64,000 nt of DNA, from the IMG/VR virus record IMGVR_UViG_3300028388_003908, positions 79,152 through 143,151 of that record, one strand, 5' to 3'. The notes under the pieces are model-generated. The model was given only the letters and a program-made list of their open reading frames with translations. It had not been told where the DNA came from and ran no database searches. Every line of letters begins with the position of its first letter. The first letter of the stretch is position 1. The stretch is from a virus. This document shows positions 54,404-63,904 of the stretch, in pieces. Both the position numbers and the translations under genes were made by a program.

Positions 54404-56147
54404 AGACCTTGCCCGAGTTGTGATAAGAGGATCTTCCTATCCTAGAACCAGCCATGTACTTCTCTTTACCGATGTTGTTTGAAGCGAGCCATATCATACG
54501 AACGAGCGCGTCTGACATATCATCATGCTTACCCTGCACCTGAGGCGCCTCCACGGTGATAACGTGCTTGCTCTCGACCTTAGCTTGTAGCTCCAAAAGC
54601 TCTAGCAGATAAGGCTCGCTTCCCTGCGTCTCCGCGTCCTTTCGATCATAGAGAGATAGCTTACGATCCCACATCAAATCCTTGAAGTTCTGGAACATCT
54701 GAGAGGTAAGGTTTTTTGTCATCGACACGGATTTAAGCTGTGATAATCCGCGCTTGTTCAGCGCTTGCTCAAAAGGAATCCCCGCCCATTGATCGAAGAT
54801 TCCTTCCACAATATAGAAGCGCTTTGTCATCGCCAACACCCAATCGGCAACGTCATCAAACTCAAGACGCTCTTTATCCTTGAAATCACCCTCACCCGCT
54901 TTGATCTGCTCAACAAGATCTAAGACAACCTGACCGTCTTGCTCTAGGTGACCGATAGCGAGCGCTGAACCGTCACCCACAAGACCAAGGTCAATTCCCA
55001 TGAAATGAGGCTTGCGCGCCGGCGCATTACGAGCAGGTCTACGAGAAGGATCAACACAAGCGAAAAGGTCCTCACGCTTCTCGATCCAACCTCTTGTGCG
55101 GTCGGTAAACTCGCCACCGTACTCGGTGAAGAACACGGCCGCGTTCTTGAGATAATGCTTTTCAAACTCCTCCGCAGGTACGGTAGGATTTACCTCCCAT
55201 GTTGGCGCTTGAACAGCTAGGATGTTCTCGCTCGCTTTACCGCCTCTCATACCAATCTGAAAGAGCGTATAAAACAACCCCTGCTTACCTAAAGGAGAGG
55301 AGATCAGAATCACGCGACCTTCAACGTCCCCGATAGGCACCGTAGGATTATCCGAATCTTTAGGAGAGTATGCAGAGGTAGAAGGCACGACCGCGTTATA
55401 GACCTCTTCTGCTCCCGATTGACCTGCGTTCGGAAAGTGCGCTACCTCGTCAAGTATTACGCAGATATTACCTGCACCGCGAAGCCCCTTAGCCACACAA
55501 GATCTGAACGTGACCTTGAGCGTAGCCTTAGCGTCAGGATTCTCTATATAGCGACCGTATCTTTCAACATCTTTAGGTGTCTGAAAGCGCGCATAAGACA
55601 TAGTGTTATTAGCGGTGTAAGGCCCAAAAAAACCACAATTGCGGTAGTGACCTGACACCTCTTGATAGAGCAACCCCGCCTGATCCTTATCGGTCGCTAC
55701 AGAGATGATCTGTATATTATTGGAAGCAGGCAATCCGTAGTATTTTTGAGGGTCCTGTTTACGGATTAGCTTGTATGTCTCATAGGCCGCGATACAAGCG
55801 GAAATAGTCGTCTTACCCGAGCGCCTCCCGATTGATAGGATCATCTCTCGTCTCTGCTTACCGGGTATGACCTCCCCTATATTACAGCGCCCTTCATCAT
55901 AGAGCTTCTTGAGATAACTCTTCTCAGTATGCTCCTCCCAATCCCTGCGCCTCCAATCGGAGATTTTGAAGGTCTTTTTGTCGTCTAGCTCTATTCCGTA
56001 GTGAGCTTTAAGAATAACCCTCTGCACAGGAAAAAGCGTCATTCTCAAGCCCCAACTGGACTCAACAAACTCAATAATATTCGCGTCCTTTTCGGACTGC
56101 TTACCTGCCTTGGCGGAGGAGGAGATTGCGATGGAGGATAAGCTCAT
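54327..56147 (-). CDS. Terminase large subunit
   Basis: Walker A GRRSGKT, Walker B VILDE, coupling ISSP, nuclease GIDLG...HDDMSDA. Confidence 0.93.
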   Translation of the reverse strand: MSLSSIAISSSAKAGKQSEKDANIIEFVESSWGLRMTLFPVQRVILKAHYGIELDDKKTFKISDWRRRDWEEHTEKSYLKKLYDEGRCNIGEVIPGKQRREMILSIGRRSGKTTISACIAAYETYKLIRKQDPQKYYGLPASNNIQIISVATDKDQAGLLYQEVSGHYRNCGFFGPYTANNTMSYARFQTPKDVERYGRYIENPDAKATLKVTFRSCVAKGLRGAGNICVILDEVAHFPNAGQSGAEEVYNAVVPSTSAYSPKDSDNPTVPIGDVEGRVILISSPLGKQGLFYTLFQIGMRGGKASENILAVQAPTWEVNPTVPAEEFEKHYLKNAAVFFTEYGGEFTDRTRGWIEKREDLFACVDPSRRPARNAPARKPHFMGIDLGLVGDGSALAIGHLEQDGQVVLDLVEQIKAGEGDFKDKERLEFDDVADWVLAMTKRFYIVEGIFDQWAGIPFEQALNKRGLSQLKSVSMTKNLTSQMFQNFKDLMWDRKLSLYDRKDAETQGSEPYLLELLELQAKVESKHVITVEAPQVQGKHDDMSDALVRMIWLASNNIGKEKYMAGSRIGRSSYHNSGKVFAQPNKVRAGSDEKRMPRAMFKRGR

Positions 56148-56797
56148 CAGACCTTCTCCATCTTGCTCTTAGCTTCCCTCACCCAATCGTCATCATCTAC
56201 GAATTTAGCGAAGTTGGCGAAGATGGTTTCTGCCATCTCAGGTCTAACACCAGCCTCATCACAAGCCTTTCTAAAGGTCTCCGCGATATGACCAAAGACA
56301 ATCTGAAAGGACTTGCTCTCAAGGTCGAGCGATTTTGATGAGACTAGCTCGCGCTTCTTCAACCATACGTCACCTACAGCGCGTAGCGCGTTAACACGTC
56401 TCAAGGATATCTGAGATGTAGATTCCCCTCGCTTCTCAGCCTCCTCGCGCTCAAATGCGAGAGAAGCTGTCTCCTCTGCGAGACCTTTGATGACCGAATC
56501 GAGAACATCGGAAGAATCTAGGTCGCTGTTGACAGCGTTATTGACCCCATCCTTCTTGATGTAATCCTTCTTGATCACCTTGTTCTTTTCGGCAGGGGTG
56601 GCAGCCTTTTGAACCTCTTTTTCAAGAGAAGGCTTACCGGGCGAACCGAACATAAAGACCGGCGCGCCTTTGTCGTTGAAATCGGGAACATCCGTGTCCT
56701 TAATGTCTTTAATCTTACGCCACAAGCTCTTGCCATTAGGGTCTTTCACTCTAATCCTAACAGCACCTTCAGGTATTGGAAAATTAAAAGCAGACAC
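56147..56797 (-). CDS. Candidate terminase small subunit
   Basis: Helical 216-aa ORF coupled to TerL; called on position only. Confidence 0.45.
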   Translation of the reverse strand: MSAFNFPIPEGAVRIRVKDPNGKSLWRKIKDIKDTDVPDFNDKGAPVFMFGSPGKPSLEKEVQKAATPAEKNKVIKKDYIKKDGVNNAVNSDLDSSDVLDSVIKGLAEETASLAFEREEAEKRGESTSQISLRRVNALRAVGDVWLKKRELVSSKSLDLESKSFQIVFGHIAETFRKACDEAGVRPEMAETIFANFAKFVDDDDWVREAKSKMEKV

Positions 56798-56810
56798 AGC
56801 GCATACCCCT

Positions 56811-57476
56811 TTAGTTGATGATCATAGGATCAATGCCGGTAGAGCGTATGAAAACCCTTGCGTTGGATTTTCCGTTAACGGAAGGATCATACAGCGTGTT
56901 GCCGTCTACGCTCAAAATGAGAAACGGAGGGTTCCCATTAAACAGATTAAACGCAACCGACCTAATACTCAAGATAAGAGGGTCTGTAGGGGTCACGCTC
57001 TTGACAATAACCTGCGTAGCGTCATTAGGATCAACGCTCGCTTTCACCCCCAAATCGAGATGATTGAGCGCAGAAGATAAAGAGCTTGCTACGTCTGAAG
57101 GATTACCTTGCGCGTTGCCTTGACCTACCCCGAAATCAGAGCCAGCCTCTAGCGTTCTAATGCTAGAGCTATCCTCTAAGCCACCTGCCCAAATCTGTAT
57201 CGTGTCCTTATCGTAAAAAGGAGGACCTGCGACCACGTTTGTGTTGCCGTACTCGGTTGAGTTCACCTTGATAATGGCGGTAGGAGACTGAGCACCTACA
57301 AGACCATGAAAGCCAACACCCTCGGGTGAGGTGATCACCTGCGATTGAAAAGATTGTCGAATCGCCACAGGATTTCCAGCCTCTCCCTTGCTAGGGTCAG
57401 ACGAGCGCTCAAGATGAGCGACCAACATCTTAAAGGGAGGGGAGGTAGCAATCCTCTTTCTGTATGTCTCAGCCAT
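56811..57476 (-). CDS. Hypothetical structural protein
   Basis: AAGGAG RBS; beta-rich. Confidence 0.6.
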   Translation of the reverse strand: MAETYRKRIATSPPFKMLVAHLERSSDPSKGEAGNPVAIRQSFQSQVITSPEGVGFHGLVGAQSPTAIIKVNSTEYGNTNVVAGPPFYDKDTIQIWAGGLEDSSSIRTLEAGSDFGVGQGNAQGNPSDVASSLSSALNHLDLGVKASVDPNDATQVIVKSVTPTDPLILSIRSVAFNLFNGNPPFLILSVDGNTLYDPSVNGKSNARVFIRSTGIDPMIIN

Positions 57477-57487
57477 GTCGATTCTCC

Positions 57488-59857
57488 TTAAACCTCAAAT
57501 CCACCGAAAAGAACGTCACCAAGATTTTCGTGAGAAGGCTCAGTCTCCTCAATCTCGACAACACCATCTGCGACCAAATTAAACTCGTCTTGGTCATACT
57601 CATTAACAAACAAGGAAGCGGTGCGCTCTGCGTCATCTGCGTTAGCTAGACGTATCATCTCCTTCTGATACTTAGGGGCGTTCTCTACAATATCAGATGC
57701 GGACGCAATAATCGTCTTGGCGTACTTTTGACAGGTACCTTGAGAGTTGAAAACACAGCCCCCACAGCGCGCTGTCTTGAGCACCGCAGGTATCTGATTC
57801 GCTCTATGTACGAGCGCGCCCTTGTCACAACCTTCCATGCCCTCTGTCATGTAAACCTCAGCGTCTACATAAGCGTGACCTGAAAGCCCCTCATGTGCGA
57901 GTCTCATGCTCTTAATCTGCGATTCGTAATGAGACAAAACCTCGCTAGAGAAGCGAGCGTTTATCAAGGTGTCGAGATCTTTACCCGCCATGCCTTCGGA
58001 CATTTTTTGTCTTAACCACGAAGCAACTTTCTGCTCAGTTGACACACGAACGCTCGCCTTCTTTTGACCTAAGACGTGCAGGGTGTTGTCTTGTGCAACC
58101 TGAACAGGTCTGCTTGAAATCTCTTTCACAATGTGAGCCAGTCGCGCCTCTAAAGTAGATTGCTCATCAATAATCTGCTGTACGCGCTCAGAACTGATCA
58201 AGCCCGCCTTAATAACACGATTGATCTCTCCGCTGACTCTACTCTGATAAGCCTTGACGCTACGATCCGCGCTCTGTCTTGCGAACTTATCTTGTATGCT
58301 CTTTAGCTGTGATACAGAGAGACGAGAATCCCCGTTATCTATCGGACCTTGGTAAACCGATACGTCATAGCCCTTTGACGCTACGCGGTTCATAATCGCT
58401 TGCATCTTCTTTTCAGGCGTCTTGAACTTAGAGGATACGTCTTGGGCTTCCTCTAAAGAGATCAACCCTGCGGAGACAAGCTCAGACACCTTCTGCTGTG
58501 CTGTAGCGATACGCTTCTCTAGCGTGATCTCTTCCCGAGAGCGATAATTCATCTCTTGAGCGCTCTTGGTCGGAGTGTGATAGGTCTCCTCTAAGCCTCT
58601 GCCTCTATACGCGCTAGATTGCTTAGGCGTAACCGACAGCGCGTAAAGACGGTCGATCTTTGCTTGAGTGTCCATGTTAGCGCTCTTGACAACAGCCTCT
58701 ACTTGCTCCTCCTCCAGAAAGCCCTCACGGATAAGATCCTTAGACACGCGCTCAAGACGCTTAGCTAAGCGCTCTATTCTCACATCCTCAACGGTGTTGA
58801 TGTGGAATTCCTCTAGAGGGGAATCCGCAAGCTCTCTACGCGCTCGGTCAAGAGAGATCAGATCAGAAGGATCCTCTTGTATCTGATACCAAGGCTGTGA
58901 GGATTCTAAGGTCTGCACTCGACCCTCCATCAAATCCGTAAACGCCTTACGCACTCTCTCACGGTAATCTAGATGACCCGCGAGCTTTACGCCATAAGCG
59001 TCTAGCTTTGGGCACAAAGTCTTAGAGACGTGCTTCCAATCAATCTCGGAGACGCTCGCCACCACCTTACGTCCAAGGAATCGGTCGTGTACGTTGTCGG
59101 CATGATCTGCGACAATATAGAGAGAGGTAGCGCATCTGCGATTAATGACCTCATCCCATCTACCATTAAAGATACCAGGGAAATCTCGCTCTCTCACATA
59201 GACACGACCCGCTAGACCATACTCATCTTTGAGACGCGCAAATACTCCCATCTTCTCGTTAGAATCGAGCGCGTCAAGCTCATCCATCGCGGTATCAATA
59301 CTCTCCCCATAAGAGAGCTTTCTATAAGCCTTCTTGACGAGATCTTGAGGTAGAGTAGACATAGGCCCTTGCTTGATCGCTTTGGGCTTAACAGCGCGTC
59401 CTTGATTAGGCATGATGTTCAGACCGTCTGTGCGCTCCTCTCCCCAAGCCTGACCCAAAGTAAGCATCGCCTCAGATTCAGGAGAATTAGCTTCCCCATG
59501 CTCTAGTGCGTTCACAAGCTCTTGCATCTCCATCATACCAGAAAGATCTTCTTGAGGCTGAGAAGCGAGCCAAGAATGATCGACAATAGAGAGCGTCTGA
59601 GAGCCCTCCTTGTAAAGATCGTCCAAGTCCATAGCGGTGTCAGCCTCGATGCCATCGGGCAAACCCGAGGAGATTGGATCTCCTTCAGGTATCATACCGC
59701 TAGGTAACGCGGACAATCCTTTAGCCTCAGGTAGACGCGCTTTCTCTTGAGGGCCGCCTCCATATTCGGTGTCGAACTGAAAGCCGTCCATCATGTAGTT
59801 GGACCCATGCGTTAACGTGTAACCGCCGTTGGGCAGATTGCTCTTGCCATTACTCAT
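57488..59857 (-). CDS. Large hypothetical head-region protein with three helical repeats and a C-terminal Cys cluster
   Basis: LIREGFLEEE, LVSAGLISLE and VIKAGLISSE repeats; C...CGGC...C. Confidence 0.7.
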   Translation of the reverse strand: MSNGKSNLPNGGYTLTHGSNYMMDGFQFDTEYGGGPQEKARLPEAKGLSALPSGMIPEGDPISSGLPDGIEADTAMDLDDLYKEGSQTLSIVDHSWLASQPQEDLSGMMEMQELVNALEHGEANSPESEAMLTLGQAWGEERTDGLNIMPNQGRAVKPKAIKQGPMSTLPQDLVKKAYRKLSYGESIDTAMDELDALDSNEKMGVFARLKDEYGLAGRVYVRERDFPGIFNGRWDEVINRRCATSLYIVADHADNVHDRFLGRKVVASVSEIDWKHVSKTLCPKLDAYGVKLAGHLDYRERVRKAFTDLMEGRVQTLESSQPWYQIQEDPSDLISLDRARRELADSPLEEFHINTVEDVRIERLAKRLERVSKDLIREGFLEEEQVEAVVKSANMDTQAKIDRLYALSVTPKQSSAYRGRGLEETYHTPTKSAQEMNYRSREEITLEKRIATAQQKVSELVSAGLISLEEAQDVSSKFKTPEKKMQAIMNRVASKGYDVSVYQGPIDNGDSRLSVSQLKSIQDKFARQSADRSVKAYQSRVSGEINRVIKAGLISSERVQQIIDEQSTLEARLAHIVKEISSRPVQVAQDNTLHVLGQKKASVRVSTEQKVASWLRQKMSEGMAGKDLDTLINARFSSEVLSHYESQIKSMRLAHEGLSGHAYVDAEVYMTEGMEGCDKGALVHRANQIPAVLKTARCGGCVFNSQGTCQKYAKTIIASASDIVENAPKYQKEMIRLANADDAERTASLFVNEYDQDEFNLVADGVVEIEETEPSHENLGDVLFGGFEV

Positions 59858-60528
59858 TTTGAACCTCTCATATATCTGTCAGCTAAGAGACGGGCGCGTC
59901 TGTTCTGAAAGGAAGCCTTCTTTGCATAACCGCCTCCACCTCTTGAAGGATTTAGATTTCTCTCTCTAGGCTCCTCCCCCTCCTTTTTCTTCTTGGTTTT
60001 ATCCTCAACCTCTACTGCACTCGGGTCTTCTTCTAGCTCTTGAGCCCATGATTCAGGGTCCTCCATCACCGCCTCGGCTTGCTCCATGATCTGCTCTACA
60101 ATCTTCTGCTGAGCGATCTCCCAATGATCTGCGTTGATTTCGTCATAGATGGTGTCCGATAACGCGCTCAAAGCCTCGACCACGTTCATAAACTGGCGTC
60201 TCATGTTTTTGATTTCCATGATGTAGCCACGACCACCCATGTTACCGTCTGGCGACACGTCACGACTCTTGATCTTGGTGAAGACCGCATACGCGGACAT
60301 GGCGTGACCTAGAGACATAAGAGATGATCTCAAGACACGCGCCAAATCCTTAGCGCACTTCTTGTTGTATCTGTAATCGGGCATCATCATGCGCTCTTGA
60401 GGGTTGTGTTGTCCCCAAGCCCATGCGGTCGAATCGTCTCCGCGATCCTTGATGAAGCGCACCTCGCCCGCTGTTTTCACCCTGCGCTTCGGGCTGTAAA
60501 TTTCATTATCCTCTCGGAAATCGCTCAT
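59854..60528 (-). CDS. Hypothetical protein with KTA/KKA sites and C-terminal RLLADRY
   Basis: GAGG RBS; coupled to the next gene. Confidence 0.7.
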   Translation of the reverse strand: MSDFREDNEIYSPKRRVKTAGEVRFIKDRGDDSTAWAWGQHNPQERMMMPDYRYNKKCAKDLARVLRSSLMSLGHAMSAYAVFTKIKSRDVSPDGNMGGRGYIMEIKNMRRQFMNVVEALSALSDTIYDEINADHWEIAQQKIVEQIMEQAEAVMEDPESWAQELEEDPSAVEVEDKTKKKKEGEEPRERNLNPSRGGGGYAKKASFQNRRARLLADRYMRGSK

Positions 60529-60613
60529 ATCGCTACCTCTCTTGGTGTTCTTAGCAAGACAGCAAGATAAACAAACAATAATCTCTACTATAAGAGACGC
60601 AAAGGAGGTGGCT

Positions 60614-61174
60614 ATGACGCCCTATTATCGCTTCTGTAAATCACCCGTCAACTTTGTGTCCATCATGTCCGAGAAGAAGATGGATCTCGTACAAGGTTAT
60701 GCCAACGTCTCATTCAAGAAAGATCAGCTTTATCTGTATGTGGATATCTACTCAAATAAGATTCTTGATCAAGATCTAATACAGATCACAGGCGCGGGCT
60801 TTGACAACATGATTATCTCGTCAAAAAAACTAGACGATGATCAGTACATGACCTCATACGTCACAAGACAGATCTCCACTACAGGTCTGATATCCTTCAC
60901 ACATAAGAACACCAAAGAATCGCTCTCTCTGTCTTGGCATGAAGATAAGATTACCGACCCTCACGGATTCTCTGCGCGCATTATTGAAGGCGAGCTACCT
61001 ACAGAGAGAGGTCTTGAGGAGATCATCTCTGACGAAGAGATCAATCACCATGAGAGACTAAAAGCGCTGTTCAGCTATCTCTCAGATTGTGAAGCGGATA
61101 AGAGGATTGAGATCCTTCAAGAGATCTCAACCGAGATGGAGAGAGGTCGTCAATTTGCAGAGAACGGACATTAA
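60614..61174 (+). CDS. Hypothetical protein
   Basis: AAGGAGG RBS before the ATG at 60614. Confidence 0.65.
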   Translation: MTPYYRFCKSPVNFVSIMSEKKMDLVQGYANVSFKKDQLYLYVDIYSNKILDQDLIQITGAGFDNMIISSKKLDDDQYMTSYVTRQISTTGLISFTHKNTKESLSLSWHEDKITDPHGFSARIIEGELPTERGLEEIISDEEINHHERLKALFSYLSDCEADKRIEILQEISTEMERGRQFAENGH

Positions 61175-61974
61175 ACCGAAACCTCTGCTTTGATTGCAGG
61201 TCTTGGATTATAACCGTTCAGCTCTATATGCTCATACGTCAAGCCTTCAAGCGAAGGGAAAGGCTTGATGGTCAAGGTTGGCATCGCTCTAGGACCCTCA
61301 AAATAACGTCTAATCTGAAGACGCGCTTGATCTAGATGATTCACATACACATGAGCGTCACCGATGACGTGTATCAAACGACCAGGCTTATAGCCCGTAA
61401 GAGCACATAAGATATGCGTCAAGAGCGCGTATGAGGCGATGTTGAAAGGCACCCCTAAGAACAGATCTGCTGATCTCTGATAAAGCTGTACGTCCAGCGC
61501 CTTGTCGCGCTTCCTTACATAGCATTGGAACATGAGATGACAAGGGGGCAACGCCATCTGATCTAGCTCCCCTACATTCCAAGCGCTCACAAGATGTCGT
61601 CTAGAGTAAGGATCTTCCTTGAGGGACTTGATGAGATTTGAGATCTGATCAATCCCCGACCAATCGCGCCATTGTTTCCCATAAACGGGACCGAGATTAC
61701 CTTCCTCGTCCGCCCATTCATCCCAAATCTTTACGTTGTTCTCTTGCAGGTAGCGTACATTAGTAGAGCCCTTTAAGAACCAAAGAAGCTCATGGACAAC
61801 CCCCTTAAAATAAACCTTCTTAGAGGTCAGCAAGGGAAAGCCCAAGCGCAAATCATACTCTGCCCGCTCCCCAAACAGAGAGAGCGTACCTGTGCCAGTG
61901 CGATCCTCCTTGCGCTCGCCGGTGAGTAAAACCTTATTTAAGAGATTGATATACTGATCCTCAATTAGACTCAT
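61171..61974 (-). CDS. thyA: Thymidylate synthase
   Basis: [28 protein letters not shown] and [13 protein letters not shown] motifs. Confidence 0.97.
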   Translation of the reverse strand: MSLIEDQYINLLNKVLLTGERKEDRTGTGTLSLFGERAEYDLRLGFPLLTSKKVYFKGVVHELLWFLKGSTNVRYLQENNVKIWDEWADEEGNLGPVYGKQWRDWSGIDQISNLIKSLKEDPYSRRHLVSAWNVGELDQMALPPCHLMFQCYVRKRDKALDVQLYQRSADLFLGVPFNIASYALLTHILCALTGYKPGRLIHVIGDAHVYVNHLDQARLQIRRYFEGPRAMPTLTIKPFPSLEGLTYEHIELNGYNPRPAIKAEVSV

Positions 61975-62464
61975 CTGTTCTCCTATACTCGTTAAAGGTC
62001 AGCCACATATTACCTGACCAAACCTCTTCCGTACGATACAACGCGAACCCCTCTTTAAGATTCTCGGGTAAGTAAGTATCGCAACGGAACATCATCTGAA
62101 TCTGCGTCTCATAAATGCGCTCACACAGCTTTACGGCCTCCGTATAGATCGACACGCCCCCGATGAAGAACACCTCGTTTTGGGCGTTTTTTAGCGCTTC
62201 CTCGATGGACGTACATGAGAGCACGTCTCCTTCTACAGGACCCGAGGAAACGACAATGTTTTGACGGTTAGGTAAAGGTCTACCTATCGACTCATACGTC
62301 TTACGACCCATGATGACGGTTGTGCCTTGTGTGAGATACTTAAAGCGCTCAAGATCAACAGAGATTCTAGGCCAAGGCAGATCGCCTTTATAGCCGATAC
62401 CTCTGTTTAGGTCTTGAGCGTAGATTAACGAGCAGATCATGTCGCGTGTGTCTCCTATCACCAT
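61961..62464 (-). CDS. folA: Dihydrofolate reductase
   Basis: [29 protein letters not shown] and IGG motifs. Confidence 0.95.
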   Translation of the reverse strand: MVIGDTRDMICSLIYAQDLNRGIGYKGDLPWPRISVDLERFKYLTQGTTVIMGRKTYESIGRPLPNRQNIVVSSGPVEGDVLSCTSIEEALKNAQNEVFFIGGVSIYTEAVKLCERIYETQIQMMFRCDTYLPENLKEGFALYRTEEVWSGNMWLTFNEYRRTDESN

Positions 62465-62482
62465 TTAGAGACACAATACAGA

Positions 62483-62980
62483 TTACTTACCTTTCTTAGA
62501 AGGATTTTGCGGAGCGCTCGTACCTTTGTCTTGATCAGAGGTCTTGGGCGTCCATTGATCGACCACGTCTTTAAGCTCTACCTCGGATGCGTCCTTAGTC
62601 CGTATCGTTTGAGAACCTGCGAAAATGGACAGCTTCTCGATCATAGCGTTCTGAAGCTCAAACACCTGCTCCCTAAGCAACTGCATCTGAATCTGCGCGT
62701 CTCTCAAGCGAGCGATCAGCGCTTCCCTATCTGCGTTAGCGGAGGCGAGCTTATCCTTGAGTTCCCCGATCTCGCTAGGATCTCTGCCGGACGCGATGGC
62801 GAGCATCGAGGAGATTGATCCCGTGAGCATACCAATAATGCCCACCAATATATCTCGATTCTCCTCCACAATCTTGGTCGTGGACAGAAAGTAGATCAAG
62901 ACGCAGATCAGGATAATAAAGACGACACTCGCCCACCAGCCTCTTTTAGCCTTATCGTTTTCTGTTAGTTTCTCCGTCAT
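62483..62980 (-). CDS. 2-TM membrane protein with C-terminal coiled coil
   Basis: Two hydrophobic segments followed by heptads. Confidence 0.7.
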   Translation of the reverse strand: MTEKLTENDKAKRGWWASVVFIILICVLIYFLSTTKIVEENRDILVGIIGMLTGSISSMLAIASGRDPSEIGELKDKLASANADREALIARLRDAQIQMQLLREQVFELQNAMIEKLSIFAGSQTIRTKDASEVELKDVVDQWTPKTSDQDKGTSAPQNPSKKGK

Positions 62981-62983
62981 GTA

Positions 62984-63847
62984 TCACCTCGTATGCGCCT
63001 TTAAAAAACTAATAATCTGTCCCCAAAGCTCGACAACATAGTGGTCTATATCCTCTACAAAGTAGAGCCAAGGCATCCCTAAAATGTCACGACCTATTGA
63101 GTTGTTTGCGAGCGCGTGAAACAACCACAGATAAAAGAAGAACGTGAGCCAGAGAGATTTACGATAACCCCAAATCTTCCAATCCTCCAAGGTCATATCC
63201 TTGTAAGAGTGCTTTGTCTTTTTAGGCCCGTTCACCTTCTTAGCTTTATCGCTTCCTTTAGGTGGTCTAAGAGAATATACGGACTCTCCCACAGCATATA
63301 TCTTTTGTGGTTTACGGACGCCTTTAAAACGATAATCTCCTACGCAAAAATACCGAGTATTAGAAGGCGTCTCTCTATTAGTACGACCTTTGGCAATCTC
63401 CATCGCTTCTGCTGTCAAGAGAACCTGACCAGCCTCACATAGACTCATAGTGCGGGCTGCGATGTTCTTGGAAAGACCTTCCAGCTCAACCTTCTTAGCC
63501 CCTACGCCCACATAAACCTCGCTCTGTTGCACCTCTACAACAGGGCCCCAATGTATGCCGATACGAGCTTGTAAACCCGTCTTTTGAGGTATAGAGCGCT
63601 GATAGTGAAGGGCGAAATTCACCGCGTCCACAATACCCTCAAAAGAGAGCAGAAAACCATCAGAGCGATCAATCTCTCTGCCGTTAAACTTGTAGCAGAG
63701 ATTACGAGCTAGACGGTCGTGTCTCTGGAAATGTAGAGCGCTCCTTACGGCACCATTCCTCTGCACAAAGGCTGTAGAGCCGATCAAATCTAGTAGCACT
63801 ATCGCAAGTTTTCTCTGTCTCATTGTCACGGATCGTAGATCACTCAC
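62984..63847 (-). CDS. Class III nucleotide (adenylate/guanylate-type) cyclase with C-terminal TM segment
   Basis: IVLLDLIGST, SDGFL, RIGIHWGPV, NIAAR, GQVLLT and FKG motifs. Confidence 0.85.
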   Translation of the reverse strand: MSDLRSVTMRQRKLAIVLLDLIGSTAFVQRNGAVRSALHFQRHDRLARNLCYKFNGREIDRSDGFLLSFEGIVDAVNFALHYQRSIPQKTGLQARIGIHWGPVVEVQQSEVYVGVGAKKVELEGLSKNIAARTMSLCEAGQVLLTAEAMEIAKGRTNRETPSNTRYFCVGDYRFKGVRKPQKIYAVGESVYSLRPPKGSDKAKKVNGPKKTKHSYKDMTLEDWKIWGYRKSLWLTFFFYLWLFHALANNSIGRDILGMPWLYFVEDIDHYVVELWGQIISFLKAHTR

Positions 63848-63904
63848 GACAGCTCTCCTTCTAGACTAGATACCTCCTTCAAGGGATCTCTCTTTGATCA
63901 TCCG

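Noticed and set aside
22512-56147. Inteins or introns in the polymerase or terminase
   Set aside because: No splice-junction motifs or large interruptions seen; the proteins are colinear with canonical motifs.
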